Below are positions 18,235 through 27,381 of a stretch of DNA of 64,000 nucleotides, one piece after another. A program made the translations under genes and the position numbers. How positions within the stretch are numbered: position 1 is the first letter of the stretch; every line of letters begins with the position of its first letter. The notes beneath the pieces are model-generated. The model did no database searches. It was not told the DNA's origin and worked only from the letters and a program-made list of their open reading frames with translations. The stretch comes from a virus. Where the stretch lies: positions 1 through 64,000 of IMG/VR virus record IMGVR_UViG_3300025646_005060, one strand, 5' to 3'.

Positions 18235-19289
18235 ATTTTAAGACTTTCCATATACAAATCACGAATGATTGTCTTGAGTTTTACTTTATCAATATCTCTT
18301 TCAATTCCGTCTATTTCGCGAGAAATAATACTCATTGTATCTTCTGTTTCTTCAAAGTCAACACCTTCGGACTTCTCAAGTTGTTCTTCAATTACTGCCA
18401 GACTTTGAATTCCTTTTTCCCAAAGAGCATCAATAAACTTGTCAAAAATCTTTTGCTTTGTTTTCTTTCTTACGATTAGACGAATAAAGCAGTTCTTTAG
18501 TTTTGTTTCAGAGACAAATTCTCCCATATTCTTGAGATCTTCTTTGGTAGAGTCGTCGTAAACGAAAGCATAAAACATATTGTTTGCGTTTTCAACATAG
18601 AGCATTTCGTCCATTTCAGTGTCATATATGTGAAATCCTTTCTTAACATTCACGTCTGAAAAATTCAACTGATACTGTGTCCCAAGGTAATGAATATTTC
18701 CTTCACTCTGTCTGATGTGAAAATGTCCAGAAAGAACACGATCAAATCTCTTGAATTCGGAAACATTAAATCCACCATGATGCTTGACACCAGGAATTAC
18801 CTGAAATCCTACAATCTCAAAATGCCCACCGATCATTCTGCATGGACATGAGCGAAGATAGTCTACAACCTCCTGCTCGTTTTCCTTGACTACCCAAGGT
18901 ATGATTCCAAAACAAAAATCACCAAACTTCAAAGAAGTCGGTTTCTCGTATATGCTGATTGTAGGATAACTATCGGAAATCAATTCATTCAATGAATTTA
19001 AATCATTTGAATTGCGATAATAAGTATCATGATTTCCGATAGTTATGTGAAGATTGATCTTCTTTTCCTTGAACACGTTGAGTATTCTTTTTCTTACTTG
19101 TGAAAGAGTATTGAAGTTTACATACTTTCTACGATCAAAAAAATCACCCAAGTGTACAACTTCGGTGATTTTATTCTCTTCTAAGTATGGAAAGAATTGT
19201 TGCTCAAAGAATTCAATTGCGTTTTCCAGGAAAAACGGTGAATCATTACGAACCCCGAAATGGGTATCACATAAAAATGCTATTTTCAC
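18231..19289 (-). CDS. gp47: Recombination endonuclease nuclease subunit (gp47, Mre11/SbcD-like)
   Basis: DTHFG, GDFFDRRK, GNHD and SGHFH metallophosphoesterase motifs. Confidence 0.97.
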   Translation of the reverse strand: MKIAFLCDTHFGVRNDSPFFLENAIEFFEQQFFPYLEENKITEVVHLGDFFDRRKYVNFNTLSQVRKRILNVFKEKKINLHITIGNHDTYYRNSNDLNSLNELISDSYPTISIYEKPTSLKFGDFCFGIIPWVVKENEQEVVDYLRSCPCRMIGGHFEIVGFQVIPGVKHHGGFNVSEFKRFDRVLSGHFHIRQSEGNIHYLGTQYQLNFSDVNVKKGFHIYDTEMDEMLYVENANNMFYAFVYDDSTKEDLKNMGEFVSETKLKNCFIRLIVRKKTKQKIFDKFIDALWEKGIQSLAVIEEQLEKSEGVDFEETEDTMSIISREIDGIERDIDKVKLKTIIRDLYMESLKI

Positions 19290-19846
19290 TTTTTCTTCCT
19301 TCTTCGTTTTCTTTTCTTCTTTTCCTTTGGTTCCATCTTCTCAAGATCGCTTTCTGTTAGAGAAAATGTTTTCTGAATAAATTCAGAGTAACTACCATCT
19401 GTATTTTTCTTCAACCAGTTTGTAAATTTGCCATCCATATCTGCCATCTGTAGACACTTATATTTTATAAATGCCTGTTTCTTTTCTTTTTCAATTCGTC
19501 GCAGAAAGGCATAATATATGATCTGCGTAAAATACGAAAACGGATTACTTGATTTTGCAGGATCAAAATTATGAGCATAAAGAAGACAATTTTCTACACC
19601 GTCTCCAATCATATCCTCCCTAAAGGGATAGTTGATAAAGTTGGGACGATGTGAAAGATGTTCGGCAATCTTTAAAAAACTCTCAGCAATGTAATTTGTC
19701 ACTGGTGGTCGTTTTTCACCGACTGCTTCTGCCTTATTGACCTTCTTTTTCCATTCGGTCATTGACTTGCAAAACTTTTCATTATCAATGTAATGTCTTA
19801 AAGTCTTGACTTCGTCTTCAATTTCTTTTTCGTCGTTTTCATTCAT
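19286..19846 (-). CDS. gp55: Late-transcription sigma factor gp55
   Basis: HYIDNEKF, HRPNFINYPFREDMIGD and NPFSYFTQIIYYAFLRRI; start trimmed to 19846. Confidence 0.95.
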   Translation of the reverse strand: MNENDEKEIEDEVKTLRHYIDNEKFCKSMTEWKKKVNKAEAVGEKRPPVTNYIAESFLKIAEHLSHRPNFINYPFREDMIGDGVENCLLYAHNFDPAKSSNPFSYFTQIIYYAFLRRIEKEKKQAFIKYKCLQMADMDGKFTNWLKKNTDGSYSEFIQKTFSLTESDLEKMEPKEKKKRKRRRKKK

Positions 19847-19853
19847 AGGACAC

Positions 19854-19881
19854 ATCATATCACTTTGTTCACGAATGTCAA
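19854..19881 (-). promoter_or_regulatory. Sigma70-type promoter for gp55
   Basis: TTGACA-16 nt-TATGAT with TGn extension; ATG lies 8 nt past the -10 hexamer. Confidence 0.6.
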
Positions 19882-19895
19882 GAGATCTTGACATT
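19874..19895. repeat. Perfect 10-bp inverted repeat carrying back-to-back TTGACA hexamers
   Basis: aatgtcaaga-ga-tcttgacatt. Confidence 0.9.
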
Positions 19896-19920
19896 TTTCA
19901 AGTGAAAATGTAATTAGGGC

Positions 19921-19950
19921 TTGACAGGTTCTTGGAAGTATCTGTATAAT
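19921..19950 (+). promoter_or_regulatory. Consensus sigma70 promoter antisense to the surrounding genes
   Basis: TTGACA-18 nt-TATAAT on the plus strand. Confidence 0.55.
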
Positions 19951-19994
19951 CTTTGTGTGGGAATGAAGAAGATCTAGAGCTATCAAGTACTCTA

Positions 19995-20732
19995 TTACTT
20001 ATAGTCATCTGAGTTAGGATCTGGATTCCAATCAGTATACTTAGTACCGAAGTCTTCACGCTTCTTTTCGTCTCCAGTAAAGCGGTTTCGCTTTTTCACT
20101 TCATCAACCATATCTAAAAGAGTCTGGGGATCTAACATTCCCGATGTAATCATATTCATGATTGCTTCAGCAGGAATATAGAGTTGCATCATAATCATAT
20201 GACGATCCAATTCTGATTCGTCTACCATGTCAGGTGGAAGATAAGAGGACTTAGATTTTTTGTTTCTTCTCTTCTTTCTCTTTGGTTTTGGATAATCTTC
20301 TTCTGACATTTGTTCTAGTTCTTCCATTTCGGCAGATGCTTTATTGATGTCTTGAATAAGTTCGTCAATAAATGTACCAAAATCTTCTGCACTTGGTGCT
20401 TTCATGCTGATGTCTTCAGTCTCTTTGATTGATACGCTTCTTGAGTTCTCTGAAAACTCACGATTGCTTTCAATTTTATAAAGTTCAACTGTTGATTTAT
20501 TTGGTTCACTCATGAGTGCAACGTGATTTGATGGAAGTACTGCTTCTTTATTATCTGTATTCATCAACCAATCGTGTAGACTTGTTACATCAACCATGCG
20601 TCCCATTGGATCATATGTAGAAGAAGTTTTGAACAGCATTGGTTGAAAAATCTTGATATTCTCGTTGCCTTCTTCCAGAACTTGACATGCAATTTCTTCA
20701 CCACTACGAAGTTTAAGAATCTTGATGTTCAT
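19995..20732 (-). CDS. Sm-like domain protein (conserved T4-like gene downstream of uvsW)
   Basis: ILKLRSGEEIAC N-terminus and position after uvsW. Confidence 0.6.
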   Translation of the reverse strand: MNIKILKLRSGEEIACQVLEEGNENIKIFQPMLFKTSSTYDPMGRMVDVTSLHDWLMNTDNKEAVLPSNHVALMSEPNKSTVELYKIESNREFSENSRSVSIKETEDISMKAPSAEDFGTFIDELIQDINKASAEMEELEQMSEEDYPKPKRKKRRNKKSKSSYLPPDMVDESELDRHMIMMQLYIPAEAIMNMITSGMLDPQTLLDMVDEVKKRNRFTGDEKKREDFGTKYTDWNPDPNSDDYK

Positions 20733-22188
20733 TCAGCGAATCTCCTAGATTGATTTTAGTCTTCTTGAATGTGAACTGCTCATTAGTATATATGGTAGTT
20801 CTCTCATCCAGATGACGAAGAGCATGATTACGATAAGACTTCCAACTAAGATCATCTCCTATATCAAAAAGAGTTACTTTGTCCTTGGTATCTGACTTAC
20901 GAAGTCCTCGACCTATTGATTGAAGAACACGCACGACAGACTTTGAAGGTGAGGCAAATATAATCGCATGAATGTTCTTGATATTGATGCCTGTACTACA
21001 CGTTCCATAAGATGCGACAAGTACACTGTTATCATGCTTGTCCACGATCTTGCGTATCTGTTCACGATCTTCCACATCCGTCTTACCAGAAATAAAGAAT
21101 ACTTCTTTCTTTTTGTCTTTTGACAATTGTTGGAAAAGTGGGACTCCGTGCTTTTCCACAAAATTAAACAAGACAAGGACGTTGCCAGGAATATGGTTAG
21201 CAAGATTACATATAAAATTGTTCCTCTTATCATTAAGAACCAACCATTCTATTTCTTCTTGATACTTTGCTCTCTTGATCTGCGAGACATCAGATTCAGG
21301 ATATTTGAGTATCAGACAATTAATATTTAGTTGTGCCAATACTTCACGGTCAATTAGTTCTTTGGTGTGTGTGACCCGATAGAGTGTTCCAAATAGTCCT
21401 TCGAGAACCAACTGATGAACCTGAGTTCCGTCAAGAGTTCCCGTGGTTCCGATACGATATTCACATTGCTTCAATCTTGTCATGATTTTTGTCAATGACT
21501 TTGCTTTGAATAAATGGGATTCGTCTCCAATGATCGCATCAAACTGTTCAAAAAAAGATTCGGGAAGAGTGTGAAGACTTTGCCATGTGGAAATAATGAT
21601 ACGAGCATTTGTCTGCTTTTCCTGACCACCATAGATCAAGTGAATGTTCTTAGCAAACTTCTTGTCATTTGCGTAGTCTATAAAGTCCGAACACATCTGA
21701 GTAACCAGACCTGTCGTTGGTACAACCACCAAAATCTTTTTGTCGGTTCTCTTCATGAGTTCTAAAATGCAAAAATAGATGATCAAACTCTTACCACTTC
21801 CCGTTGGAGAGATCAGGAGAGTTCTACGCTTTGATATGGCGTGCTTTACCGCGTCTATCTGGTAGTCGTGCGGTTGAATGACCTGACCGTTAGAATGGAC
21901 TGTAGGGAATTCTACGGGGTCTTCTGAGGGGTGTAGACCGTCTTCGTACTCTACCTTATACCCACGGTCCTTGGCAAATGACAGAACATATGGTAAAAGA
22001 CCAGCATATATCTTATTCGTCAGAATATTAAAAAGACGAATCTTTCCATCCCATCGCTTCTTGCGAAACGCAGGATTATATTGAGAGTTCGGAACACGAA
22101 ATGTGAAGAAGGAACTTAATTCTTTTGCGATTCCTTTTTCACAATCAATCTCAATGTAGACGGAATCTATGGTCTTTATACGAATCAT
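20713..22188 (-). CDS. uvsW: DNA helicase UvsW
   Basis: WDGKIRLF, SPTGSGKS, DESH and LQSIGRGLR; ATGA overlap with uvsY. Confidence 0.96.
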   Translation of the reverse strand: MIRIKTIDSVYIEIDCEKGIAKELSSFFTFRVPNSQYNPAFRKKRWDGKIRLFNILTNKIYAGLLPYVLSFAKDRGYKVEYEDGLHPSEDPVEFPTVHSNGQVIQPHDYQIDAVKHAISKRRTLLISPTGSGKSLIIYFCILELMKRTDKKILVVVPTTGLVTQMCSDFIDYANDKKFAKNIHLIYGGQEKQTNARIIISTWQSLHTLPESFFEQFDAIIGDESHLFKAKSLTKIMTRLKQCEYRIGTTGTLDGTQVHQLVLEGLFGTLYRVTHTKELIDREVLAQLNINCLILKYPESDVSQIKRAKYQEEIEWLVLNDKRNNFICNLANHIPGNVLVLFNFVEKHGVPLFQQLSKDKKKEVFFISGKTDVEDREQIRKIVDKHDNSVLVASYGTCSTGINIKNIHAIIFASPSKSVVRVLQSIGRGLRKSDTKDKVTLFDIGDDLSWKSYRNHALRHLDERTTIYTNEQFTFKKTKINLGDSLNEHQDS

Positions 22189-22619
22189 AGTCCTTGAGTG
22201 AACTTGATCCATTCAATTGAAGATCTTATATTCCAAATCTTATTGGAAATGATCTTGGCAACTGATTCAATATAGTTCACCTTCTCCTTCTGAAGAAATA
22301 CTTTATTTGAAAGATTGATGACACTTGAGTCACTTTCAATAAAGCGATCAAGTTCGTTCTTGAGAATTGCCAGATCAAAGGGTTCCCATCCCTTTTCTCT
22401 TAATTCTTCTTCTGACATTTTGCCAGAATAGTACAACCACTTGTCGCGACGAAGAACTTTGAGTTCTGATTCGTATCTTTCAAGAATCAACTTCTCATCC
22501 ATCAACATACAGAGATATTTGTTGTGAAGTTGAGGAATCTTTGAAGATTCGTCGTCTAAATGATTGATGTCAATTGCGGTATCAAGTTCTGCTTGTGCTT
22601 TAATTTGTTGAATATTCAT
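22185..22619 (-). CDS. uvsY: Recombination mediator UvsY
   Basis: IPQLHNKY, KWLYYSGK and IEW.KF..G. Confidence 0.93.
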   Translation of the reverse strand: MNIQQIKAQAELDTAIDINHLDDESSKIPQLHNKYLCMLMDEKLILERYESELKVLRRDKWLYYSGKMSEEELREKGWEPFDLAILKNELDRFIESDSSVINLSNKVFLQKEKVNYIESVAKIISNKIWNIRSSIEWIKFTQGL

Positions 22620-22626
22620 AATAAAG

Positions 22627-22654
22627 AGTATACCAAATCAGGGGGTGTTTTCAA
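22627..22654 (-). promoter_or_regulatory. Sigma70-type promoter for uvsY
   Basis: TTGAAA-16 nt-TATACT with TGn extension; ATG lies 8 nt past the -10 hexamer; no SD. Confidence 0.6.
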
Positions 22655-23228
22655 ATACTTCTACTTCATAGTGAGTATATGCAAATGTAGAAGTGGCAAT
22701 CACTGTTTCAGAATCTACTGCCGAAGAGTCAAAATCAATTCCACTCAAAAATGTGGGAAATACATTTCTAAATTTAATTGCCATTTGTGGTCTGTAATTG
22801 CTATTCATGACAAGAATATACGCACTGGCGACCTTTTGTGGTTCATTGAGAACTTCATATGAAGTCTTATATCCGATACCGAGATCCTGCATCCAGTTGT
22901 ATATTTCCAACCAGTTCTTCATTTCTTCGTCTACGGCAAATCCAATTTGAAGATCCTCGTAAACATATGAAGTTCCAGGTCTACGAGAGACAATACCAGT
23001 AGGGTTTGAATTTTGAGACACACCAAATGATAGAGAAGGAATGTTTGCTCTTTGACAGAAGTATGTGACGGTTGGGCATCTTGTTAATACAAATCTAAAC
23101 TTATTGCCAGTAAGAACATTGTGTGTTGCTGGTTGAAATTCATTCTCAAATAGAAAATCTCCAGGCATATCGCGAAGAATATTACTTGGCACATTTCCTG
23201 AAATAATTTGTTCGCTATTGTTTGGCAT
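22638..23228 (-). CDS. gp3: Tail completion / tube terminator (gp3-like)
   Basis: FRFVL..P.VTYFCQ.ANIP, VDEEMKNWLEIYNW and F..VFP..LSG; position after gp23. Confidence 0.9.
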   Translation of the reverse strand: MPNNSEQIISGNVPSNILRDMPGDFLFENEFQPATHNVLTGNKFRFVLTRCPTVTYFCQRANIPSLSFGVSQNSNPTGIVSRRPGTSYVYEDLQIGFAVDEEMKNWLEIYNWMQDLGIGYKTSYEVLNEPQKVASAYILVMNSNYRPQMAIKFRNVFPTFLSGIDFDSSAVDSETVIATSTFAYTHYEVEVFENTP

Positions 23229-23234
23229 ATAGAG

Positions 23235-23242
23235 TATTTATA
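23235..23242 (-). promoter_or_regulatory. T4-type late promoter TATAAATA for gp3
   Basis: Exact motif immediately after the gp23 terminator. Confidence 0.75.
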
Positions 23243-23272
23243 AAGAAAAACCCACGGGTTTCCCCGTGGGTT
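23242..23272 (-). terminator. Rho-independent terminator after the major capsid gene
   Basis: AACCCACGGG-GAAA-CCCGTGGGTT stem-loop followed by a U-rich tract. Confidence 0.9.
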
Positions 23273-23295
23273 CTCTGATGACTATTGTCTACTTA

Positions 23296-24792
23296 TCACC
23301 AAGTTACGCCAGCGGCATTGCCGTGGAGGTTCTTGACTGCGAAGAGACGGTAGTATGCGTTGGTTGATGCCTCAAGACCATCACTGGTGTTGAGGTTGCT
23401 GAAGGTTGACTCACGACCACCTGCGAATGGATTGGCGACAAGACCGTAACGAGTCTTGAAACCAATCTTTGGTTGGAAGGTGTCTTGACCAACTGCACGG
23501 ACCATTTGTAGAGGAACGTATGGGCAGTAGAAGAATCCTGCGTCGTATGGCGAGGTTCCCTTGTAACCAACGGTGATGAAGTTGATGTTGTTGGCAACAA
23601 ATGGGTCAATGTAGACCTTGAACTTGTTGTTGAGAACACCTGCGAATACGTTACCAGTGTCGTCAACTTGCATGTCAACGTTGAGTGCTGGCGAGAGGTT
23701 AAGGAATCCACCCATTGCGAGAGCACTTGCAACGTCTGCGGAGCAAACGATGAAGTTACCCTTTCCTCTACGAGTATCCTTAGCAATTTGGTTTGCTTCG
23801 CGTTCAATTTGGAACATAAGTCCGCGATAACGTTCTGCTGACCAACGACCGTCTGAGTCTGCGAGAAGGTCGTAGATACCACCATTGCCTGCTGCTGAGT
23901 AACCAGCGAGGTCGCGGTTGACTGCACCAGTCTTAGCAACGTAATACATTGCGCGAAGAATTTCGCGGTTGATTTCGTTCATGATTTCAACCGAAAGGAT
24001 GTTGGCGAGTTCTGCCTCTGCGTCAAGACCGTGAACTGCGCGAAGGTCTTGTGCAAGTTCTGTGGTGTATTCTGCCTTGAGAGCGCGTGATCTTGCTTGT
24101 ACTGCGACTCTTTCAATGCTGAATGCCATCTCACGGAAGTCACCTGACGATGAGTTCTTGCCGAGAGTTTCAGCAGTCGAGGTAAGCATACCGCGGAATG
24201 AAGTAAAGGTGTCTGGACGCGATTCAAGATATGTTTCACCTTCAGTATAAAGACCAGTGAATGTACCAAGAGTGTGACCAGAAAGAAGGTCTGCATACGA
24301 AAGAGTTCCGCCTGCGCCACCAAGTCTGGTTGCACCAGAAGCACCAGAAACTTTTGCCCATGGTTCGTCAAAGAGTGCTTCGTCACCTTGAGTGTAACCA
24401 TTGTTGTCGTTTCCGTAACGAGCGCGCATTGCAAAGATAAGACCAGTTGGAGCACTCATTGGTTGAACGCCTGCGATGTCGTATGCTACGACGTTTGGCA
24501 TTGCGCGACGAACGAGTGAGATAAGAACTGGATCGTAACCAGCAAAGTTACCTGCTAAACCGACTTGACCAGTGATGAAGTTGCCACCGACACCGATTGG
24601 GCCCATGGTATCTTCAAAGAGATTTCCTGCTCTCTCTTCTTTCATTGCCTTGACTTGGTTCTCAAGAAGAACTGCGGTTACGCGCTTCTTGTGAAGATCG
24701 CCAATGCTTGGAAGATCGCCGTGCTCAAGTACTGGGGACCACTTCTCTACGAGTGAATCATATGGGGTTGTGTTGTTAAAATCTACTGACAT
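23296..24792 (-). CDS. gp23: Major capsid protein gp23
   Basis: LVEKWSPVL, DPVLISLVRRAMP, VQPMSAPTGLIFAMR, SRALKAEYT.ELAQDL and FQPKIGFKTRYG. Confidence 0.99.
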   Translation of the reverse strand: MSVDFNNTTPYDSLVEKWSPVLEHGDLPSIGDLHKKRVTAVLLENQVKAMKEERAGNLFEDTMGPIGVGGNFITGQVGLAGNFAGYDPVLISLVRRAMPNVVAYDIAGVQPMSAPTGLIFAMRARYGNDNNGYTQGDEALFDEPWAKVSGASGATRLGGAGGTLSYADLLSGHTLGTFTGLYTEGETYLESRPDTFTSFRGMLTSTAETLGKNSSSGDFREMAFSIERVAVQARSRALKAEYTTELAQDLRAVHGLDAEAELANILSVEIMNEINREILRAMYYVAKTGAVNRDLAGYSAAGNGGIYDLLADSDGRWSAERYRGLMFQIEREANQIAKDTRRGKGNFIVCSADVASALAMGGFLNLSPALNVDMQVDDTGNVFAGVLNNKFKVYIDPFVANNINFITVGYKGTSPYDAGFFYCPYVPLQMVRAVGQDTFQPKIGFKTRYGLVANPFAGGRESTFSNLNTSDGLEASTNAYYRLFAVKNLHGNAAGVTW

Positions 24793-24817
24793 GTGTTTTC
24801 TCTCCTGTATTCCTTTT

Positions 24818-24824
24818 TATTTAT
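24818..24824 (-). promoter_or_regulatory. Late promoter core ATAAATA upstream of gp23
   Basis: Motif in the intergenic gap ahead of an AGGAG RBS. Confidence 0.55.
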
Positions 24825-24837
24825 TAAATTTAATATT

Positions 24838-25911
24838 TCAGATGAAATTGTCCTTGACAATGTTTGGATTAATTAATGATGCCAATTTTTGATTTTGCTC
24901 TGGAACTGCTTTCTGAATCATTGGTTTATTCTTCTGAAGAAGCGAAAGAGTATTGACTACAGATTCCATCATTGGATCCGTAGAGTCTGAAGTTCCGACA
25001 AACGATCCATCGGTATCTTCGGTGAGCATTGCCTGTCTTGAAGCACCTCTAGATTGAGTCTTGCCATTTCCAAAGTATGATTCGCGAAGAAGTGCTACTT
25101 TTTCCGAATATTGCTCTGGACTTTCAAACTCAATGCCTTCTGCTAGTTTAGCAAGTTTCTCGACTTGAGTGTCAGCAAGACCTTGTGCTTGTTGCATGAA
25201 TGCTTCTGCACAGAGGTGAGCATTTACTTCATTCTTAAGTGCAACATTCTGACGAATAAGATCATTTACACTCTCTTGAAGTTCTTCGTTGGCATCATAA
25301 AGATCATCAAGAACATCATACTTTTCATGTGGGACATCAATGAATGAAGATTCAAATAGATCCTTGAGTCCGTGAATGAAGTTTTCTGCGATTTCAGTGC
25401 GAAGACCTCTCTCGACGGCAACCTTATTCTCTGTCATCCACTCAGAAATTACATAATTAAGGTAGTTATCAACTTGCTCAATAAGTGCTTCTGAAGTTCC
25501 AGCAGTTGATTCAAGAACTACTTCCTTTGCTGCCTGTTGTGATTCTAGAACTACTTCCTTTGCTGCTTGTTGCTGTTCTTCAATTATTTCTTTTGCTGCT
25601 TCAAGAATATGAGACTCAAGGAAAGTTACTCTTTCGTTGATTGCTGCTTCAAAGATGGTCTTTGCCTTTTCTTTGAAATCTTCGCTGAGATCTTCTCCAT
25701 CAAAAAGTGCCTCTAAGTAATCAACTCCTTCTTCTTGGACTTGTTGATTTTTCTTTGCCTTCTTGAGAAGTTGCGCTGGTGATAATGTTTGCATATTTCC
25801 CATAGCAACATTTGGATCAGCAAGAGGAGGATTGATTACAGCACCACGACCTGTTCCGTCGTCGTAAAGTGCTGGTGACGAATATTCTGCATATGGGTTA
25901 TTATCTGGCAT
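24838..25911 (-). CDS. gp22: Prohead core scaffolding protein gp22
   Basis: LSEDFKEKAKTIFEAA, VDNYLNYV..EW..EN, LKDLF and LRESYF. Confidence 0.95.
   Translation of the reverse strand: MPDNNPYAEYSSPALYDDGTGRGAVINPPLADPNVAMGNMQTLSPAQLLKKAKKNQQVQEEGVDYLEALFDGEDLSEDFKEKAKTIFEAAINERVTFLESHILEAAKEIIEEQQQAAKEVVLESQQAAKEVVLESTAGTSEALIEQVDNYLNYVISEWMTENKVAVERGLRTEIAENFIHGLKDLFESSFIDVPHEKYDVLDDLYDANEELQESVNDLIRQNVALKNEVNAHLCAEAFMQQAQGLADTQVEKLAKLAEGIEFESPEQYSEKVALLRESYFGNGKTQSRGASRQAMLTEDTDGSFVGTSDSTDPMMESVVNTLSLLQKNKPMIQKAVPEQNQKLASLINPNIVKDNFI
25507..25572. repeat. 33-nt tandem duplication in gp22 (QQAAKEVVLES x2)
   Basis: Two adjacent near-identical 33-nt units. Confidence 0.9.
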
Positions 25912-25950
25912 TATTTTTCTCCATTTAATGTTCTAAAAACTATTTAGAAT

Positions 25951-25958
25951 TATTTATA
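25951..25958 (-). promoter_or_regulatory. T4-type late promoter TATAAATA upstream of gp22
   Basis: Exact motif, with a second CTAAATA at 25941-25947. Confidence 0.75.
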
Positions 25959-25965
25959 ATTTCAC

Positions 25966-26724
25966 TTAAATTCTTGGTCTAAGTAGTCCTATTCTGAGTC
26001 TATTCAAAAATGAATCTGGATCTCCACCCCGTGCTCTTATAACGTTTCTTCCTGCTGCTCGGTGTCTTACGACATCGTCTTGCCTGTTTCTGCGAAGAGC
26101 ATCTGCTGTGGTTTTTGCATCTTTTTCTGTATCTTGTGCCGCTTTATACAATCCACCAAGTCCAATTTTTCGTAATCGTATTGGACTACCACTAGCGGTC
26201 CAGTTTGGATTTCTTCCTGCTAGTTGTTCACGATTTCTAGCATCTTGTGTCTTTAATGTAAAAACACTTCTTGCGTAATTTGGATCCTTTGCTCTTTCAG
26301 ATCTAGTCCTATCATGAAGAGATTTTCCAAGTCTGTATGTTTCCGAATCTGATTGGAATTTTGCCACATCCGCACTGCTAGCACCAGGTCCAGGATGTTT
26401 TGGGGCCTGACCTCCGAGACGAGCAAAATCATCTCTGACATTTTGCAATTTTCCAGGATCCATTCCTAATTTTTCGGCAGTTTTGTTAAGTTCCCATCTA
26501 CCACTAACATGTTGTTGATAAGCAGTTTTTCTCTCAAGAGCTTTCTGGGAAAGGTTTGCTGCTCCTTGAACTACTCTATTACCAATTTCTTGTGCGAATC
26601 TGGCAATTCTACCACCAGTTCCTAATTGTTGCTCACTAATCATCTGAGCAATAAATGGAATATTGCTTCTGATGAGAGAAGCAACTTCCGAATTATTTTG
26701 AACTGATTCTTTTAGAATATTCAT
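25966..26724 (-). CDS. Basic hypothetical protein, possible internal head protein
   Basis: Between gp21 and gp22; Arg/Lys-rich; N-terminal LKE and ISE motifs. Confidence 0.5.
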   Translation of the reverse strand: MNILKESVQNNSEVASLIRSNIPFIAQMISEQQLGTGGRIARFAQEIGNRVVQGAANLSQKALERKTAYQQHVSGRWELNKTAEKLGMDPGKLQNVRDDFARLGGQAPKHPGPGASSADVAKFQSDSETYRLGKSLHDRTRSERAKDPNYARSVFTLKTQDARNREQLAGRNPNWTASGSPIRLRKIGLGGLYKAAQDTEKDAKTTADALRRNRQDDVVRHRAAGRNVIRARGGDPDSFLNRLRIGLLRPRI

Positions 26725-27365
26725 AGTCTTCCCAAGAAGTCTTTAAATAACTTTAGAGCATTTTCTTCTAGTTTTCTTTTTGGAGTTCTTTTTAATTGTT
26801 TTTCATATGTTGCAATTTGCTTTTCAACTAGAAGTCCATTCTCCCATATCCATTCCTTACCCTCAAGAATGCCATTGACAAATGCGTTTGGTGCTGAAGG
26901 ATCTGCGACTATATCAATTGCTGCAAGAGTAAAGTCTTCTTGTACAATATTTACTCCACCTTGAGCTTTCAGTGATCCCATGCCTCTGGAAGAAACTCCA
27001 AGTTGTGCTCCTTCGTCAATGAGAGATTTTACAATCTTACCCATTGGAGTATCAAGAACCTTTGCCTTTCCTATGATCTGATTGCCACTCTCATTTAGAT
27101 TTACAACCATATGACAAACGCGATCAAGATTAACAGTAGGACCAGATGGATGGTTTAATTCGCCAAGTGCTCTATTTTTATTGACATATTCTTTGATATA
27201 TCTTTGACATTCTTTTTTAAGAATGCTTTCATTATACATTCTCTTATTACGATTGACAACACCAGCTTCCATCATGACACCAGTGATGAAGTAATTCTTA
27301 CCACCAGCTTCATTAGATTCAACGATGGTTTTAACGTCTTCAATTGTTTCTGTGATTAGTTTCAT
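26721..27365 (-). CDS. gp21: Prohead protease gp21
   Basis: MKLITE, ALGELNHP, GVSSRGMGS and DIVADPSAP.AFV. Confidence 0.98.
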   Translation of the reverse strand: MKLITETIEDVKTIVESNEAGGKNYFITGVMMEAGVVNRNKRMYNESILKKECQRYIKEYVNKNRALGELNHPSGPTVNLDRVCHMVVNLNESGNQIIGKAKVLDTPMGKIVKSLIDEGAQLGVSSRGMGSLKAQGGVNIVQEDFTLAAIDIVADPSAPNAFVNGILEGKEWIWENGLLVEKQIATYEKQLKRTPKRKLEENALKLFKDFLGRL

Positions 27366-27381
27366 GATGGTTCCTAAATTA

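Noticed and set aside
23304-24455. Long alternative-frame ORFs (211 and 158 aa) inside gp23
   Set aside because: Explained by strong codon bias in a highly expressed gene; no RBS or recognisable motifs
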